DNA of 64,000 nt from NCBI GenBank assembly GCA_036172245.1, contig JAYWIR010000013.1, positions 62,001 through 126,000 on the forward strand. The letters are read 5' to 3'. Below are positions 1 to 13,450 of this stretch, piece by piece. The notes under the pieces were generated by a model that saw nothing but the letters and a program-made list of their open reading frames with translations, did not search any database and was not told where the DNA came from. Both the position numbers and the translations under genes were made by a program. Origin of the DNA: Raillietiella orientalis (Eukaryota). Each line of letters opens with the position of its first letter. The stretch's first letter is position 1.

Positions 1-899
1 CGGAAGACTCTTTCCGGCGGTAGCGAACGGCGGACGGCACTGGCTGCAGGAAGTGGGCGGGTTCTGAGGATGCTCATTGGTTGCCTTCTGTCGAGCGGAG
101 TGCGGGAGGCTCCGCCAATTGGAGGGTGTACTCCTGCGCTACTCTCGCGCGGTCCCCTCGGCAACGCGTCTTCCGCCGTGAGCATTTCCCATTCCCTCCC
201 GCAAGAACGCGGATGATGGAGTTCGTGGATGCGCCCGGGAGCTCCGTCCTAGGTGGGTGCCACGGCTGTCGGGGCGCTCCCGTCCGCTGACCAAGGTTAC
301 GCCTTCGGTTGCGGCGCGTCAACATCTTCCGTTTTGTCTTGCGGCCGCCTCGGGATGGATGCTGTCCCTGGACCCACCCTGTGTGCACGACCGGCGCTGC
401 CTGGTGCCTGCAGTGAAGGAGCGTGAAGGGGAGCCAAGGAAGCGCGCCGTCGCGGTTCTTCGGAGCAAGTGCACCCTTCGCCCACTTGCGGCAGCGCGGT
501 GGCCACGCACGCGACCCTGCAACTGCTCCACTAACGGCAGCGGGGACAGATGGAACGTCGGAAGTGCCTCGGAGATATGTGTGGGGGTGCAACGCCCTCG
601 GCGACAGCGACCTGGAAGTGGCAGCAGGGGGGCATCCTCACGCAGCCGCTGATTCACCAGAAGGCTGCGCCCGACTTGCCTGTCTGGAAGAAGGTACTTG
701 GGGACGCACCTCTTAGGAGCATCGTTCCCGACGGTGGGATGGGGCGCGGTGAGCGAACGCCTTGGAATTGATCCCGGCCGAGGGCATCGCCCCTCGGGGG
801 ATCGCGGGATCGCCGAGGTCGCGAGGCTGGAGACCTGGGAGTTCTTCCCGTTGGGTTCCTCGAGGAGGGCGCTGGAGACTCCAGCACGGCAGGGATGCT
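1..899 (-). mobile_element. Inverted, near-identical partial copy of the L1/Tx1-like element at 50756-51654; runs off the left edge of the window
   Basis: Reverse complement of 50756-51654 (paired coordinates sum to 51655; ORF 74..592 mirrors 51063..51581). About 9 substitutions by eye and no indels seen. Similarity stops at ~899. Confidence 0.9.
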
Positions 900-1649
900 G
901 TCCTGCAACGCCGACTTATGCGTTCATATGCTTTTTTAGTTGGCCCAGCGTTGATTGACAGCTAGTTCCGTCTTGCTGCACGGATAAACCTATAATCTTC
1001 AAATCTTGGATTCCATTTGTGTAAAAAAAGCTTGAGACAAGATGACAAAATGTCGAAAGTCGGACACATATCCCCCGGGGGCTGCATGGCCGGTTCCATT
1101 CCTTGACTGTGCCTTGTCGTTCTGCCTGGTTGAGAGATCGTTGCAAGAGATCTGCAGGATAGCGCGTGAAACCCTGAGTGTATGCAAGTGCCACAGTAGA
1201 CGCATAGTTCGCTTGGTTACAGGGGTTTTGCAAAGTTGCGGGATGAAGAGGTGTGTGAATCTGCAAGCAGGTCGTTGGTGAATCACTTCTTCTGACATCA
1301 GCCTTTCGCAGTCTGGTACCTGTCCTTCCATGCCCTGCATATCGACCGAATGTTTTCACCCGATTTTTGTTTCCGCCGGCTCGGCGATGATGCCCATTGC
1401 CAATCTATCGTGCAACTCCAACGCGCACGCAGTTTGTGGGGCTCGAACGAACCAGCGGATGGCTGGAATGACTTCGACGCTGCCGCGCCGAGTTACCGTC
1501 GCGGAGTCGGATTCCGACTGGGATGCCAGAGCAGGCTGCTGTCCAAGATCAATTGCCGACAGCAGACGCTGAGCCTAGAGCATCCCACCTACAGATTGCA
1601 GACCCAAAGTTTAAAGGAACAAGCTGTAAGGTTATCTTGGAAAACGAAC

Positions 1650-2720
1650 TAAAAGGCAGCAACCCTCAGATGAAAAGATGTTTTTTTGGAGGTTTCACGG
1701 CGATGTCCGGATCCTTTGCAGGAGTAATGCGGTCCACTGAACTGGAGGAGCTACAGAATGACTCACTGCTCTTCACCCACTGTACTACTCGTAAGCTCGT
1801 ACCATTGATTCGCGCCACTGTCTATCGAGACGGGCAGATCTCGATGAGGAAGCTTCCAGTGCTGAAATCCGCGTCAAGAGTGCACACCAGAGGGTCCCCA
1901 CAGCTACAAGCAGATTGCATAGGTCGGCAATCACCGGAAAGAAACACCGTGATCGTCTCTGTATGCGATTCCGATGGTTCAATCCACGTTGCTGTCAACA
2001 CAGCCACGGACTCGTAAAGGATGTCTCTCCAAGAGGTAAATTTGGAGCTTGATCTTCCAAGACGAAAGTGCTGGTAAGCTCCATTCCAAGGCACACAACG
2101 AAGAAGGTGAGCTCAGACAGTATGGGCCTGAGATGGCAGAAAAACTCGTGCAAAAAGCGAACTCCGCTACTCTGTGGTTTGCTGCGATCGAGAAGGTCGT
2201 TCACGGAGCCTCCAGAGGAGCAGAAAAGCCTGGAAGTATGTGCTGCCTTCACCATGTATAGGGAGGAGGAAGCACCCTTTTCCACAGAGAGAAAGTCTCG
2301 GATGCGGCTATAACTTTCATGGGGCTCGCACCCATCGACCACCTCGTTTAGTCAGCAGAATTAAGAGAGGCACTGCACTGCATTCAGGATACGAGAAATG
2401 GAAGACGGAAATCAGACGGAAATCACGTCTCACATAGGCTGCATTAAGGTATCGAAAGCCCCTCGAGTGGGAGCTGCGGTATCCGCCACCCCCACAGAGG
2501 TTTGCGACGCGAGGTTCCCAAACACGCTGCAACGGAAATGCAGCTCATCTCCACGCCGGTTTGGCAAAGGAATTATAGACTGTAAGAGCGAGGAGACAGC
2601 GAGGATGTCTCATCTGAAGACAGGGTCAGCCTTCAGACAGAATTCGAATCAACAGGGATCTTCTGGACCCATCGCAGCTGATGGAAAAAAGTCGAGTATC
2701 AAAGAGTTCTGTTTTTTAAA
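1650..2720 (-). mobile_element. Heavily decayed BEL/Pao-like LTR retrotransposon integrase/C-terminal remnant
   Basis: Fragments across frames (PWNGAYQHF, LNHR, WKL..IEICPSR*TVAR..LRVVQ) resemble BEL/Pao PW.GG.YER, LN.RP and W.LG.I....PG.DG.VR...RPV motifs. Many stops; boundaries approximate. Confidence 0.4.
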
Positions 2721-4057
2721 AAAATAAAAAAATGCCCTACTCAATCTTCCCGTCGAACGTACGCCACCGAGCAGGCTGCTCGCTGGCAGAGACTCCTCCT
2801 GGGATCGAACGGATGACGTTGGTCCCACTGCGAATGAGCGGCGACTTTTGAATCCTTCGGTCGTGAAGAACGCTTGGGTACGGACGCCCTTGCATCTGCA
2901 GGGAGCAAACGAGAGTGCGCCATCTTGCACTGCGTGTGCACCTGCAGAAACCTTTCACAGCAATCACGCATCGTTAGCGTTCGCGTGGCTCTCGGGCTAG
3001 GATTTCGACTCATCCCGGAAGCCACCGTCCACGGAGGGGCCCAGGTAGGCTCTCCTTCGGCTCCCGAGTGGATTGCCAAATCCTAAAGAACCGTCCGCTT
3101 CCTAGGGAAGAAAGGGGGCAGCAAAGAGTACGACGATGCCGCCAAGGGGACTTCGCAAGATCTATCTTTACACACCGTCAACGTCACGGAGGGACTGCGA
3201 ATTCAGGAAGGCTCCGCTGGAGGTAGTCCGTTCCTCTCCTATTCTTGCAATAGCACCCCAAAGGGAAGCTTTCAGATTTCTCTGAAGTCGTTGCTCCATA
3301 AGAAAGCAGTGTGCTTCCTATACTCTGCAGAGGAAGCCCCGAGAAATGGATCAATCAGCTCCGTGACACTACGATGGAGGGTCCTTCCACGACGAGAAAT
3401 CGGCCTCGTTTGCCCAGCTGGAGGGAGGAACCCCGAAGGAAACCGGCTCCGTGAGCCCTGGAAGAACCCTGGACAATCCCGGGGGCATCTGAGAGTTTCC
3501 GGCTTCCATCAGTGTCGTGCCCGAAGTCCGTGGGTCAACCCCACGAAAAGTACTCTTATCCTCGGCATTGACCTTTGCCCGGGTGAGATTGGAATCCCCA
3601 GCTCCTTGTGCGGCAGTCGCAGCCACGCAGTCGCCAGAGCGAGCGGAGCCTGTGAGTCTGAGGGTACATCTGTGCGCGCCGCCCTCGCAACGTGGTCCGC
3701 GAAGCAGGCCTCGTAGAATGTCCGACCTGTCTGTTTCTGCCGTACTGCTCGCCTACCCTCCCTCTTCTTCAGGCGTGAGTCCAACGGGAATGGACCGCTT
3801 CCCGCAGAACTCCCTCCCCTCGCCGCCTTCGTCGAGAACGCTCCCTTCGCAGTGAGGCCTGCCCGCTTTCCTGGCACCTGGAATTCGGCCTGGTGGCCGC
3901 CGGTCGAAGGTCTGTTTGTTGGCGCGCCGGTCTCTTTGCGCGGAGGTTTCCTCTGCGTCAACCTCTCAAGTGACTCGCTTGTGATCCACCTGCCACCGGA
4001 GCGCACGTGCTCGATCAATGTGCGCGTCCCTATGAAGGTGCCCCAGCCGGTCGGCAT

Positions 4058-4290
4058 TTCGGACTCCGTGCTTTCCTGGTTACGGAAGCTTCGTGTCATG
4101 CGGATCTCTTCCTTTCCCGGCCTCGCGCATCTCCAAAGGCTCCGGGAGTTACAAAAGGAAGATTGGGTTTTCGTCGACTGGCAGCCGCATAGCGCGCTCT
4201 CCCTGCTGGCGCGGTGACATGAGAATGCCGGCAGACCAGCCGACCTAAAGGGTGCCGCGGTCTCCCCTATCTGCCAAACGTTGCCGACAA
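4058..4290 (+). repeat. Dispersed repeat (probably LINE-derived); inverted copy at ~17460-17740
   Basis: Shared sequence tcggactccgtgctttcctggttacggaagcttc...ctccaaaggctccggg; both copies translate to HxGLRAFLVTEAS and KEDWVFVDWQPHSALSLLAR. Confidence 0.8.
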
Positions 4291-4931
4291 CCACATGGAC
4301 CTAACCCATCCCTCGTCCATCTCCGTGTTTCCCATTGACATCATAATCACGAGGAACAAGCGGCACTGAGCATCTTCCAGCCCGACACTGTGATGGTAGG
4401 AACGTTCAAAACTGTGGCACTATGGTCGAGAGGCGAGAGAGGAAGAACTAAACCGAAGTACGAACTCTATCGGATATTTTTTAGATGGATAAACTCGCAA
4501 ACGTTGAGCACAGGAGATCGAAGGGAAAAATAGAGGATCTGTGCGGTGGTGAGGAATGCAGTGGCAGTGGCGCAACGATTGTGAAGAATCTAAAGCGACT
4601 AAAATTGATGACCTATCCAGCAAATGCTTAATGGAAGCAGGAACGCAAGAATCCGCCCGGATGTTGCATTCCTCCTTGTCTTCGAGAAATACACAAGAAG
4701 ACTCGGTCTCTTCTTGGTCTGTGAGAACGACGACCATCTCTCTTCACATTCCTCAATCATATGGCCTTTCTCCAATGGCCAATGCGCTGAAGACTTGGCT
4801 ACCTTTCCGCTTTCTCGTTGGTGGCCGGCTGGTCGGTTCTACCAGTTCAAGCCTCGCGATCCCCCGTTCACACGCCACCATTGCCACCCTGCACTTACAA
4901 AGTGACTACACTTCCACCCATGATAGGCTAC

Positions 4932-4937
4932 TTTATT
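4932..4937 (-). promoter_or_regulatory. Putative polyadenylation signal of the astacin gene
   Basis: AATAAA on the minus strand ~30 nt after the stop codon. Confidence 0.55.
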
Positions 4938-4968
4938 GTTTGCAAGGAGATTCCCGGTTCGGCTGCCA

Positions 4969-7900
4969 TCATACAAACTCGATCTTCGCCTCGAAGCCGT
5001 ATTCACTATAGTCACTCTCGTTCGCCCAATGCAGGATGAGGGTATCCCCGGAGGATAAATACGAGAGGCCTTCATACAGCCTATCATCGCTGCAGAACCT
5101 GAAGAAATAAAGGGGAATCAGCGGTGCGCTCGAGCACTCCTCTCACTTTCGTCCCAAATTCGACCTCACTCCAGATCGTGGGAGGACTGTGCTGAGAACT
5201 CACGCGTAAGAGTAGTACAGGTCGTGGAAGCGCACGTTGAGCGCTGTGAAGTAGCAGTTGCCTTCCATAGTCGCCTTCGTGATGGTGAACCTCACCCTCT
5301 TTCCATGAGGAGCTTTTACCTCCCAAATGCACTGAACCCTATCGAAAAACGCTCCTATGGTGGTGCCATCCTGCGTCACCTCTCCTCCGCAATTCTTCGG
5401 GTTGTCAGCTGGAAAGACAGCAACTCGGTCAGTTGAGTGGCTCCAGAAAGACACACAGGCCATCCGCCCAACCGCGCGTTCCTTCCGCCGCTCTCCAGAA
5501 TCGCTCCCTTCTCTTCTTCTTTGCCATGCACAGAAGCTCGCTCCATGCGCCGCCATGCCTGCAGGTGTAGCATGAAGCTCGCGCATCTCACGGATACCCT
5601 CCGCTGCATCGTGCGCACGAACCCTCTGCATCGTGAGGGGCAGTCGTCCTTGAAGGAGCAGATCCCGTCGCCGGAAGCGAGACCGAAAAGTGTGCGTGCA
5701 GGAAGGGGAAATGCATCGGAAGAGGTTTCGGGCCATTGCGCCACGAAGATGCCACAACGGCTGGAGGAACCGGACCGCTCCCGGTGCCGTGACTCTCGAT
5801 ACGATGAAACCGAGAGCAACGTACGCAGTCCTTCCTTCGTGAGTGAGCCAACGGCTGCTCACGTTGAGCGGACGCCACACTCGCAAGAGCCAACGTGGGC
5901 GCAACAGCCCCTGCATGCGGGTCCACTGGTTTGCAGGCGCTGACGCGGCACACAGCTCTATGAGCGCAGACCGACGGTGCGAAGCATAGCCGATGAGACA
6001 TTTGCGCCACTGAGGACGACATCGCGTTCACGAAGTGAAGCCAAGCACGCATTTCGCGTGTCGGCCGCCACCATCAGGGAGTGCACGCGCTCCAATCCGA
6101 GAGCGCGCTCGATGGCATTCGTACTCGTGCGGCGTTCGCTTCTGAGAGAATTCATCTGATTTGTCTTGGGGTCGCCGCCTCCGCTGCATCCTTGCTCTCC
6201 GCACCGCCTAATCCACCTTGATTTTGGTACACGTGACATGCAGGACGGTGCCACGGGACCTCCGGCACTGCTCCCGAAGCTCAGCAAACGGGGAAGCGCG
6301 CACGTGGGGTCAAAGCGCGGCACTGCAAACGCTCATGTGGCGCTTCAGCGTGCCGTGGAAGGCATGAGGTCGAATTCGGCCACCTTAGGAGCAAACGCGG
6401 AGAGGAAGACTCTACCCGCCTAGGAAATCCGGGGCTTGCGCGCCTCAGCCCTCTGGAGTTGCCTCCTGCCGGAGAGATGCGATTCTTTGCCACTCGCGGT
6501 CCGGAAGCCATCGGCTGCGCCTTGGTAACGTAGGTCCTTCCGTCCTACAAACAGTCCGCAGCGAGAACTCATCCCATACTGAGCAAACACGAAAACAGAG
6601 GTCACGGGTCGCTGTGGCTGCTGCGCCCAATCCAGGTGAAGGATGTACGGAGTTGTCTCTGAACACGAGAAAACCAACAGCGCAAAACGAAATTTCGTGC
6701 TCCCGCGAGAAGTTTCTCTTCCCCCGTGACACGGCGCTACACAAAGTTCCTCTTGTACGCTTCTGCGTGCCGTCACCCCGAGGCATTCCAAGCCTCCGAC
6801 CAAAATTCTTATTCGAGCAGACTTCGGGCTCGCGTCCTACCGCCGTTGCACGCGAATCATCTGCGCTCCACTGGGAAGCGAACGGGGCTCGACGCCTGCC
6901 TCCACCTCATCCCGCTGTTCCTGCTCGCTTACGGTAGTAGCTCTCCCCGGTGACTTCCTGGCAGTGATCTCCCTTGGTGCCTCTAGGGCATACGCATTTG
7001 CAGTCCTTCCCGAGGTAACCATCATTCTGGCACTGCCCTGGTTCGACGCCGCAAGACTTGCCCCAGTGCGCTGAAACAGAGGTCTCAGAATCGTTCTGCT
7101 CGCTCCGTGTGATGGTCTCCTGCACCTCCGGCCTTGAGTACGACGTACCTGAGCAATTGTAAGCCCTGTTCAGGAGCAGCTTGTCCCTGTGACTGAGTTC
7201 TTTGGCTTCACCCAGAAGGTATTGATACTTCACTTCCTTTGTGGCCATCACCGGCTCTCCGGTAGGAGAAAAGGCCTGAACAGAGCACCAGACGCCAATA
7301 GGAAGCGGAAACGTGGCAGCCTGACTCACGTTGTAGCCGTACTGCATGATGCTGCTGTAGTCGTACTTTACGCCGTAGGTATTGCAGTCATGTGATTTCC
7401 TGTAGTTGTGTTTCTGGCTTTCCTCTACCATGTTCAGGTCCAAAGTGACGTAGTCATCTCTGTCTGCACGGCACTGCTCGTGCAGCATCCCCGCAGCATG
7501 GCCGAATTCGTGAGTCATGATCCGTGTCTTGGAAAGAAAGGAAGAGATGGAGCCTTTCTCTCCCAGTGGCCCCTGCTGGAGATCAGACCAGCTCCTCTTC
7601 TCCCCGGCTACGCCGGAAGCATCACGTTGACGCGACGCGTAAGGCGTGCTCGCATTGACCGCGCCCGTCTTGGCGCCGCAAACAAGAACGAAGGTCTCCT
7701 CGACTCTTCGATCGATGGGCAAACCCTTGGAGCATTGTACTTCCATTTCAAAGTGACCCCTTTCCCCATTCCCGCTCGCTCGTAAAGAGTCGTTTTCGAT
7801 TGAGGATACTGCGGCTCTCGTAGGGCAGCGCAAACGGTTTCAGAGTGTGTGCGCGGCACTTTCATAACGCTAACCCACGACCCTGACACGGACCAGAGGC

Positions 7901-8884
7901 AAACTTCCCCTAGGATAACCTAGATTACTCACATAGGCACATCCTGGACCAATGGACATTAGCTGGTGATCATAACCAGGATTCTGAATATTTCCCAGGT
8001 AGGACCAACATCCCAACCATTTACCGATGAGAACTTTGTATGTGGGGTCTGACATGTCGACTTCGTACAGCTGGATACATGTGTTATGGTCGTAGTGTCT
8101 CTGGACCTCAGGCATCAGATTTCGGGTTTCCTGGTCGGCTAAAGGAAACGAGGAGGAGTGAGACAGGTGGATTGAGATGCGAGAGGGAAGAAAAGAGGAG
8201 CTACACCTTGTTAAGCAGTCACTCGTCCCCTCCTCCCATACAGAACAGTCCGCGCCCAAGGAAGTTTCCAAGGGGACACGCGGTTTCACTGATTCCTTAC
8301 CACTGGGGTCGAAAGCGTATGGTATGCGAACCACTCCATTCTGTGTTTTCCAGAAGTTATCTGACGTGACCATGCACGACTTCTCTTCCAAAGCTTGTAT
8401 CTGATCTTCGACCAGGGCTATGTCTCCGAAGAACAGGCGCACTCCTTCCACCGGGAACCGGTTCTCGGGAAAGCCCCCCTGGAAATGCAACCCCCGTTCA
8501 GATGCCCCGCGCAAGGCAGCCGTTCGTGGATGAAGATGAAGCGAGGGACGCAGCGGAGATTCACAGGCAGTCCATCGGCCTCGCCGACGGCAACGCCACC
8601 TACCATGCTGAAGTTCTGGATTTCCCCCGAGGACGTGTGGACCGCCAGGATGACCTGGAAGAACAGCGTCCGTGACCCTGAAGGCTCATCGAGCTCTTTA
8701 CCAAGAGGAAGGCTCCTGCTGCTCTCTTCGATGACTGCATTCCCGTCTGCGTTTCCTTCTCTCAAAGCAACCGAACTCTTATGCGATGCTTCCAGCTATC
8801 CGAACCTCTCTTAAAGGAAACCTGCGAACATTGCATGTGCGCGAAGAAAACGCAAATGCGTAGATGACGCGCTCGATGACTCAT
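4969..8884 (-). CDS. Secreted astacin-family (M12A) zinc metalloprotease, astacin-EGF-CUB architecture (blastula protease 10/SpAN-like); 9 exons, ~444 aa
   Basis: Exons 8884-8822 (tentative), 8654-8565, 8478-8301, 8138-7933, 7527-7330, 7275-7149, 7070-6933, 5408-5204, 5098-4969; GT-AG junctions; total 1335 nt, in frame. Motifs: LFFGDI, IPYAF, GCWSYLG, HEFGHAAGMLHEQCRADRD, YDYSSIMQY; EGF CQNDGYLGKDCKCVCPRGTKGDHC; CUB CGG...CIWEVKAPHGKRVRF...GFEAKIEFV*. Confidence 0.92.
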
Positions 8885-8989
8885 TTGTCGTGCTTGCGTC
8901 CAGACGATCCGTCGGCAAACGAACTACGCAGCAAGAAAGCCTTCTGAAAGTCTAAGAAAAAAAAAGGGGCGGTTGTAGAGCATTGGTAA

Positions 8990-10600
8990 GCGGGCGCTGA
9001 CGGCGGGAGATAGCACACCGACGTTGCCCAGTAAAATGGGGACAGAAGAGGTTTTGCTGAGACTTTCCCTCGGTGATCGTTCCGCAGCGCGCTCTCCTTT
9101 CTTCCCAACAGCAGAATTTCCCTCCCCAGTGTTCGTTCCCGTGTGCATCCTTTCCATCTTTCACTAGTACTGCCCGCTTGCTACATCCAACGCGCTTTTT
9201 TGATCTCCACCTTCCCACGTCCGCGGGAGGCCCAGACCGAAGAAGCCCCTTCACGTGGGCAACGTTCACGTTCGGGCACCGGGACAGGAAACTCCACGCC
9301 AAGGAAGGATGCGCTCGGCGACGGCCTCGTCTTTGGCATTTCACCAGCTGCTGCAGCCGCATACGAGGCGGTGGATCGCTAAAGTTTGGCGGATGTCCCG
9401 AGTGAATGAGTGGAAATGGGCACAACCCCTAGTCGCGCCGCAGGTCGTAAGCGATTGCAAGGCATTTCTCCTCGTTCGGTGGCGTAGGATGCTTCCCAGT
9501 GACGCAGATGAATCGGCATCGCCGTCTCGCGGTTCGATCCTCTCCACTTCGCTCGCTGATGGATTCGAAGATGCTCAAGCAAGGAGTTGGCCATCAACCG
9601 CGCTTCTTGCATGGAGGCACATCCATCAAGCACCTCTCAACCGAGCTCGCGTTGCTTCCTTCTTCAAGTATCCCTGCAAACCTCCTTTCCATGAGAGGAT
9701 GATGAGTTTCTCTTGATGCGGACGCTGATCACGGAACCGCCATCCACCGTTCGTTTTGGACAACTCTGCCCACCTGCCCCACGGTTGGATAGCCGACTCT
9801 TCCCGATCTGAAGAGTCTCTGATGCTCACGCACAGTAATCTTGGAGGAACGGGTCGATCAACGATGCAGTCTGGAAACGGCGAATTGAGGATGCAGGAGA
9901 TGGCGTCTTCGGACACCAGCGAGTTGCAGAGTGGGAGCGCCTGCGGGCGAGTCTGCTGGAAATTCCACACGCAGAGTCGCCTCGCGCCTGCGCCTTGATG
10001 TTGTTTCGAGACGCTCCCAAAACCACAGTCTGTCGCAGACACGGCATACGTCTTTCAGCGCGTTCTTTGGGAACTTGGCGTCTCAAAGAGTCGATTGGTT
10101 GATCCGGGATTTCCCGTTCGAACTTGTTCCGTTGTGGAGGGAACCGAAGAACAGACGCAGACTCAAGCAGGGATGAGCCTCGGGATCTTGTGCTCCCGGT
10201 CGAACTGTTTGCATTCTGTCGACAGTTTGGAGGCTGTGCGGCCTCGTGTCCTCGCTCTTGAGATTTTTTCCGTGCACTTCTTGGATTTGCTCTTCTCTCT
10301 CGCGTGCATTTCACTGCCATCTTTGGTGGTTGCCTACCCGGTTTCCCTTTACATCGCTCTCCGTGCCGCCGCGATTCACCTTTGATTGACGCCGCTCTTC
10401 GCGGCATGTCAACCTCACCGGTCGTGGGCTGAGGAAGAACCCTTTCGATCTTGTTGCGCTGTGTGAGGAGCAACCGGTGCGTGCCAGCTGAAAGTGATGC
10501 ACTATCTGTAGCCTTTTCCTGTTGGGTTCGCAGGTGGAAGTGTCCGATCTGCTTCCTCCGGCGACGGTCTTGAGACCAGCGGTAGCTGAAGCCTTGCAAT
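8990..10600 (-). mobile_element. Decayed LINE fragment (ORF1 tail plus APE endonuclease N-terminus)
   Basis: EKLIILSWKGGLQGYLKKEATRARL..*WMCL resembles the APE start (I.SWN..GL...K....CLQE). GNRVGN segment shared with ~19420-19445. Confidence 0.4.
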
Positions 10601-13450
10601 CGACATGCAAGTGCTCTCGAGGGACTTCTAACAGAACCGAACCTAGGCTTGAAGATCACTCGGATGTGGTCACGCGTACTTATCGAGTAGTGGTGAGCGG
10701 ACGGAAATCCGCTGCTCCTCATATCCATGCCGTTTTCTGCTGGCAGCAAAGGCAAGGAATCATCTTCACTGTGACGAAGCAGATTGGGAAGCTAACCGAG
10801 GTTTTTGCACCTAGTTTTTGCCGCGCGATTTCATCTCTTGAAAGCCCCGCATCTCGTGAGTACCAGTCGACATGAACCGAAAGTTCCGGTGGTTGAGATG
10901 ACCGTTGCTCAACAAACAGAGTTGTTTCACAAAGATTTGGCTGATCACGTCGTCACTGCTCATTCCAGCAGCCTCGTGGACTCTGGGACGCCGATTTTAC
11001 GATCGTCAAGGCCTACTGCTCTTTGATTGCCTAGCGAAGAGGGTGAGCTCTTTCTGCGAATGGAGTTTCTGCTCTCTCGTCTACTCCTACGACTGGTAAG
11101 CGATCCGAAAGCAGTTGCTCCAGACGGGATGCCACACCTTGCGACCTTACCGGACGGTCCTTGCAGCGTGAATTCTGTGCATCTTCTTACGTCACGTTCG
11201 ATCCAGATATGAGAACACGCATCCGCTTAATTAACAAGAGCACGGTGGATGCAGATGCCCCATCCGCCTACGAGCGCGGCCAAGATGAATTCTCAGGACG
11301 ATCGTACCACCCGCGAACGAATGAGACGAAATATCCTCGGCTTCGGGAAAGAAGGAAGCACAGTCCGTCTCTCCGTCAATTTTCTGGAAGGAGAATCATC
11401 TCCACGGAAACAAGTCCAGATACAGCGTTCGTTCGGAACTCCGACGAAAAGAACCCTGGACCAACTCCGCGCCCAATCCGCGATGCCTTCAGCATGGAAT
11501 GGGCTTTCCGTTCATACCGGAAGAATTTTCGTGAGCATCACGCCTTCCCCAACGCGTCCACAACACCGAGGCCAGCGGCGCGAGTTCCTCTCGTTGTCGG
11601 AGTTGCGAATCGAACGGTAGATCGACCCGAAGCCGCTTCCCATGTGGCTTCCCGATCAAGCCGGTCGAGGGAAAACGTTCCCCCGGTGAGGCTTACGGGA
11701 GGGAACGCACCTTCGCTCGAGTCTGGCTGACAAGTCGATTCGGAACGCTCTGGTCTCGTCGACAGCGAAGACGGCTGGCAGTCTTCGCTGCCAACGACAC
11801 GACGGCTACTTCCGCATGCGAAATCGCGACGCCGACAAGACGCGGAGGTTTATCTGCGAAAAATGCCTCGTTTGGATCGAAACGGTTTCTTACGCGTGCA
11901 GGGCATCCTCGTGGAGGGAGGGAGCATGGTGGGAGGCTGCGGCCTCTTCCGCGTTCCGGAAATTTGCAATCTGCGTCCATTTCGATCGCGCGTTCGGTTG
12001 TTTCTACGGAAGATTGAGCGAGGGGCTGTTTGCGTCAGTTCGCGCCAGTCGACGAGAGGCAGACATCCGGGAACTCGGCTGCAGGTGCAATCCGCTGGCA
12101 GTCTCCAAGCTCCTTTCCGCTCGTCCGGGTCGCGAGACGAAATGATGCTGCGTTGCCTGCCTCGTGAACCGAAATTGGAAAAGGCGAAGCTGTGGGCACG
12201 AACGAGAAGCGGTGGGTGGTCAGTAGGTTAAGAAGCAAAAGACGAATGGACAAAGCAGTGCTAACGCTATCGGTCTCCTTCATCGTAGCAACACAGCGAT
12301 CGAGCGTTTCTAGGAGACATAGAGACGGGCCGTGTAGCCGACGAGCGTTTCGCTCGATCGCTTCCTATGAGCATTTGGTGAGCGTGAAAACGAAGTTCCA
12401 TCAAATGAGCATTACAGAGACTGGTGGCCTTCCGTTTCTGTTCCATTTATCAACTGGAACGCCATACGTGGAGCAACACGAGTGGAAGATGGTTGAGTGA
12501 ACGGAAGTTCGCTGCGTGCTGCAAGGGAAGATACGGGCATGGGAAGATTGTGGTTCGACAGCGAGGACGTTGGCGCCGGAAGCCTTCTCGACGCTTGTCC
12601 TCGTGTACCGTCGCTTCATCCTGGCGTGTTGATCCCCATCTTTTTCCTGGAATGCTTCCTCATGTCTAAGGCCGCGCGCATGGTCATTCTTTCATCCCAG
12701 GTCCTGAACACGAAAAGGAGTTTCCTCCGAGTTGGAGCATCCCCTCTAGGTACCTCTCTGATAAGCATGAGGGTCCGCGGCCGCATGCTCCAGGAAAAGG
12801 TAGGCATCAAAGGAGCCCCTGCACTCATCCTCCATGCTCCCTGAATCGCATATCTACAGGAAGAGTAAACGCTTCCAGGGTTTCGGAAATGCGGAAATGA
12901 AGAGTGAGAATGAAGAACCTCTGGAAGGAAAAGCTGCAGATCTGCAGGCGGGGGTCTGCGCTCCGTCTGGAGCGTCCGGGAACGTTTGGCTGTTGCGCTC
13001 TCAGAAGCTTCTTCTGTTTTTGCCAAGGATGAGACGATGGTCCCGTTCGCCGCTCATCCTACTCTGCTCCAGGTGGCGCGTTCGTTTGTTCCCGTTCCTC
13101 TGACTGAGACACTTCGCTTGCTATTGGAGATTTGCTCAAGGGCGAGGTGGGCCGTCGCAGGCGTTCTTGCTCCGAGCCGCGAGGCCGTCGTTCTCCCTTT
13201 GTCGCATGGATGCTGGCAACGGAGAGCCAGCTTTCTGATCCCTTGCTCCCGAGACGCCTCCTGTTGCGCATATTCCTTCCCGGTCTCCTGGAAGCGTATC
13301 GTGCTTCGGACATCCTCGTATCCGTCATCCGAGAGCATGGTATGAGACAGATGGCAGTAGTGTATCACCAAGAAAACCTTCGTTCTACTGAAGAAGTTGA
13401 AATCGTAGTACCGAAGAGGATGTTCGCTGCCTTCCAAGTCTGCTAAAAGT
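10600..13450 (-). mobile_element. Decayed Ty3/gypsy-like pol (RT to integrase)
   Basis: PTRRKLLFVFR..ALDM..SRKKMGINTPG (RT), LTKCS, then CLCCQQK and PREHLHVD (integrase), in gypsy RT-to-IN order. Many frameshifts. Confidence 0.5.

Noticed and set aside
12401..12700. Ski2-like helicase motif (HARMKRRYTRTSVEK..NVLAV)
   Set aside because: No other helicase motifs; an alternative frame fits a gypsy RT remnant better.
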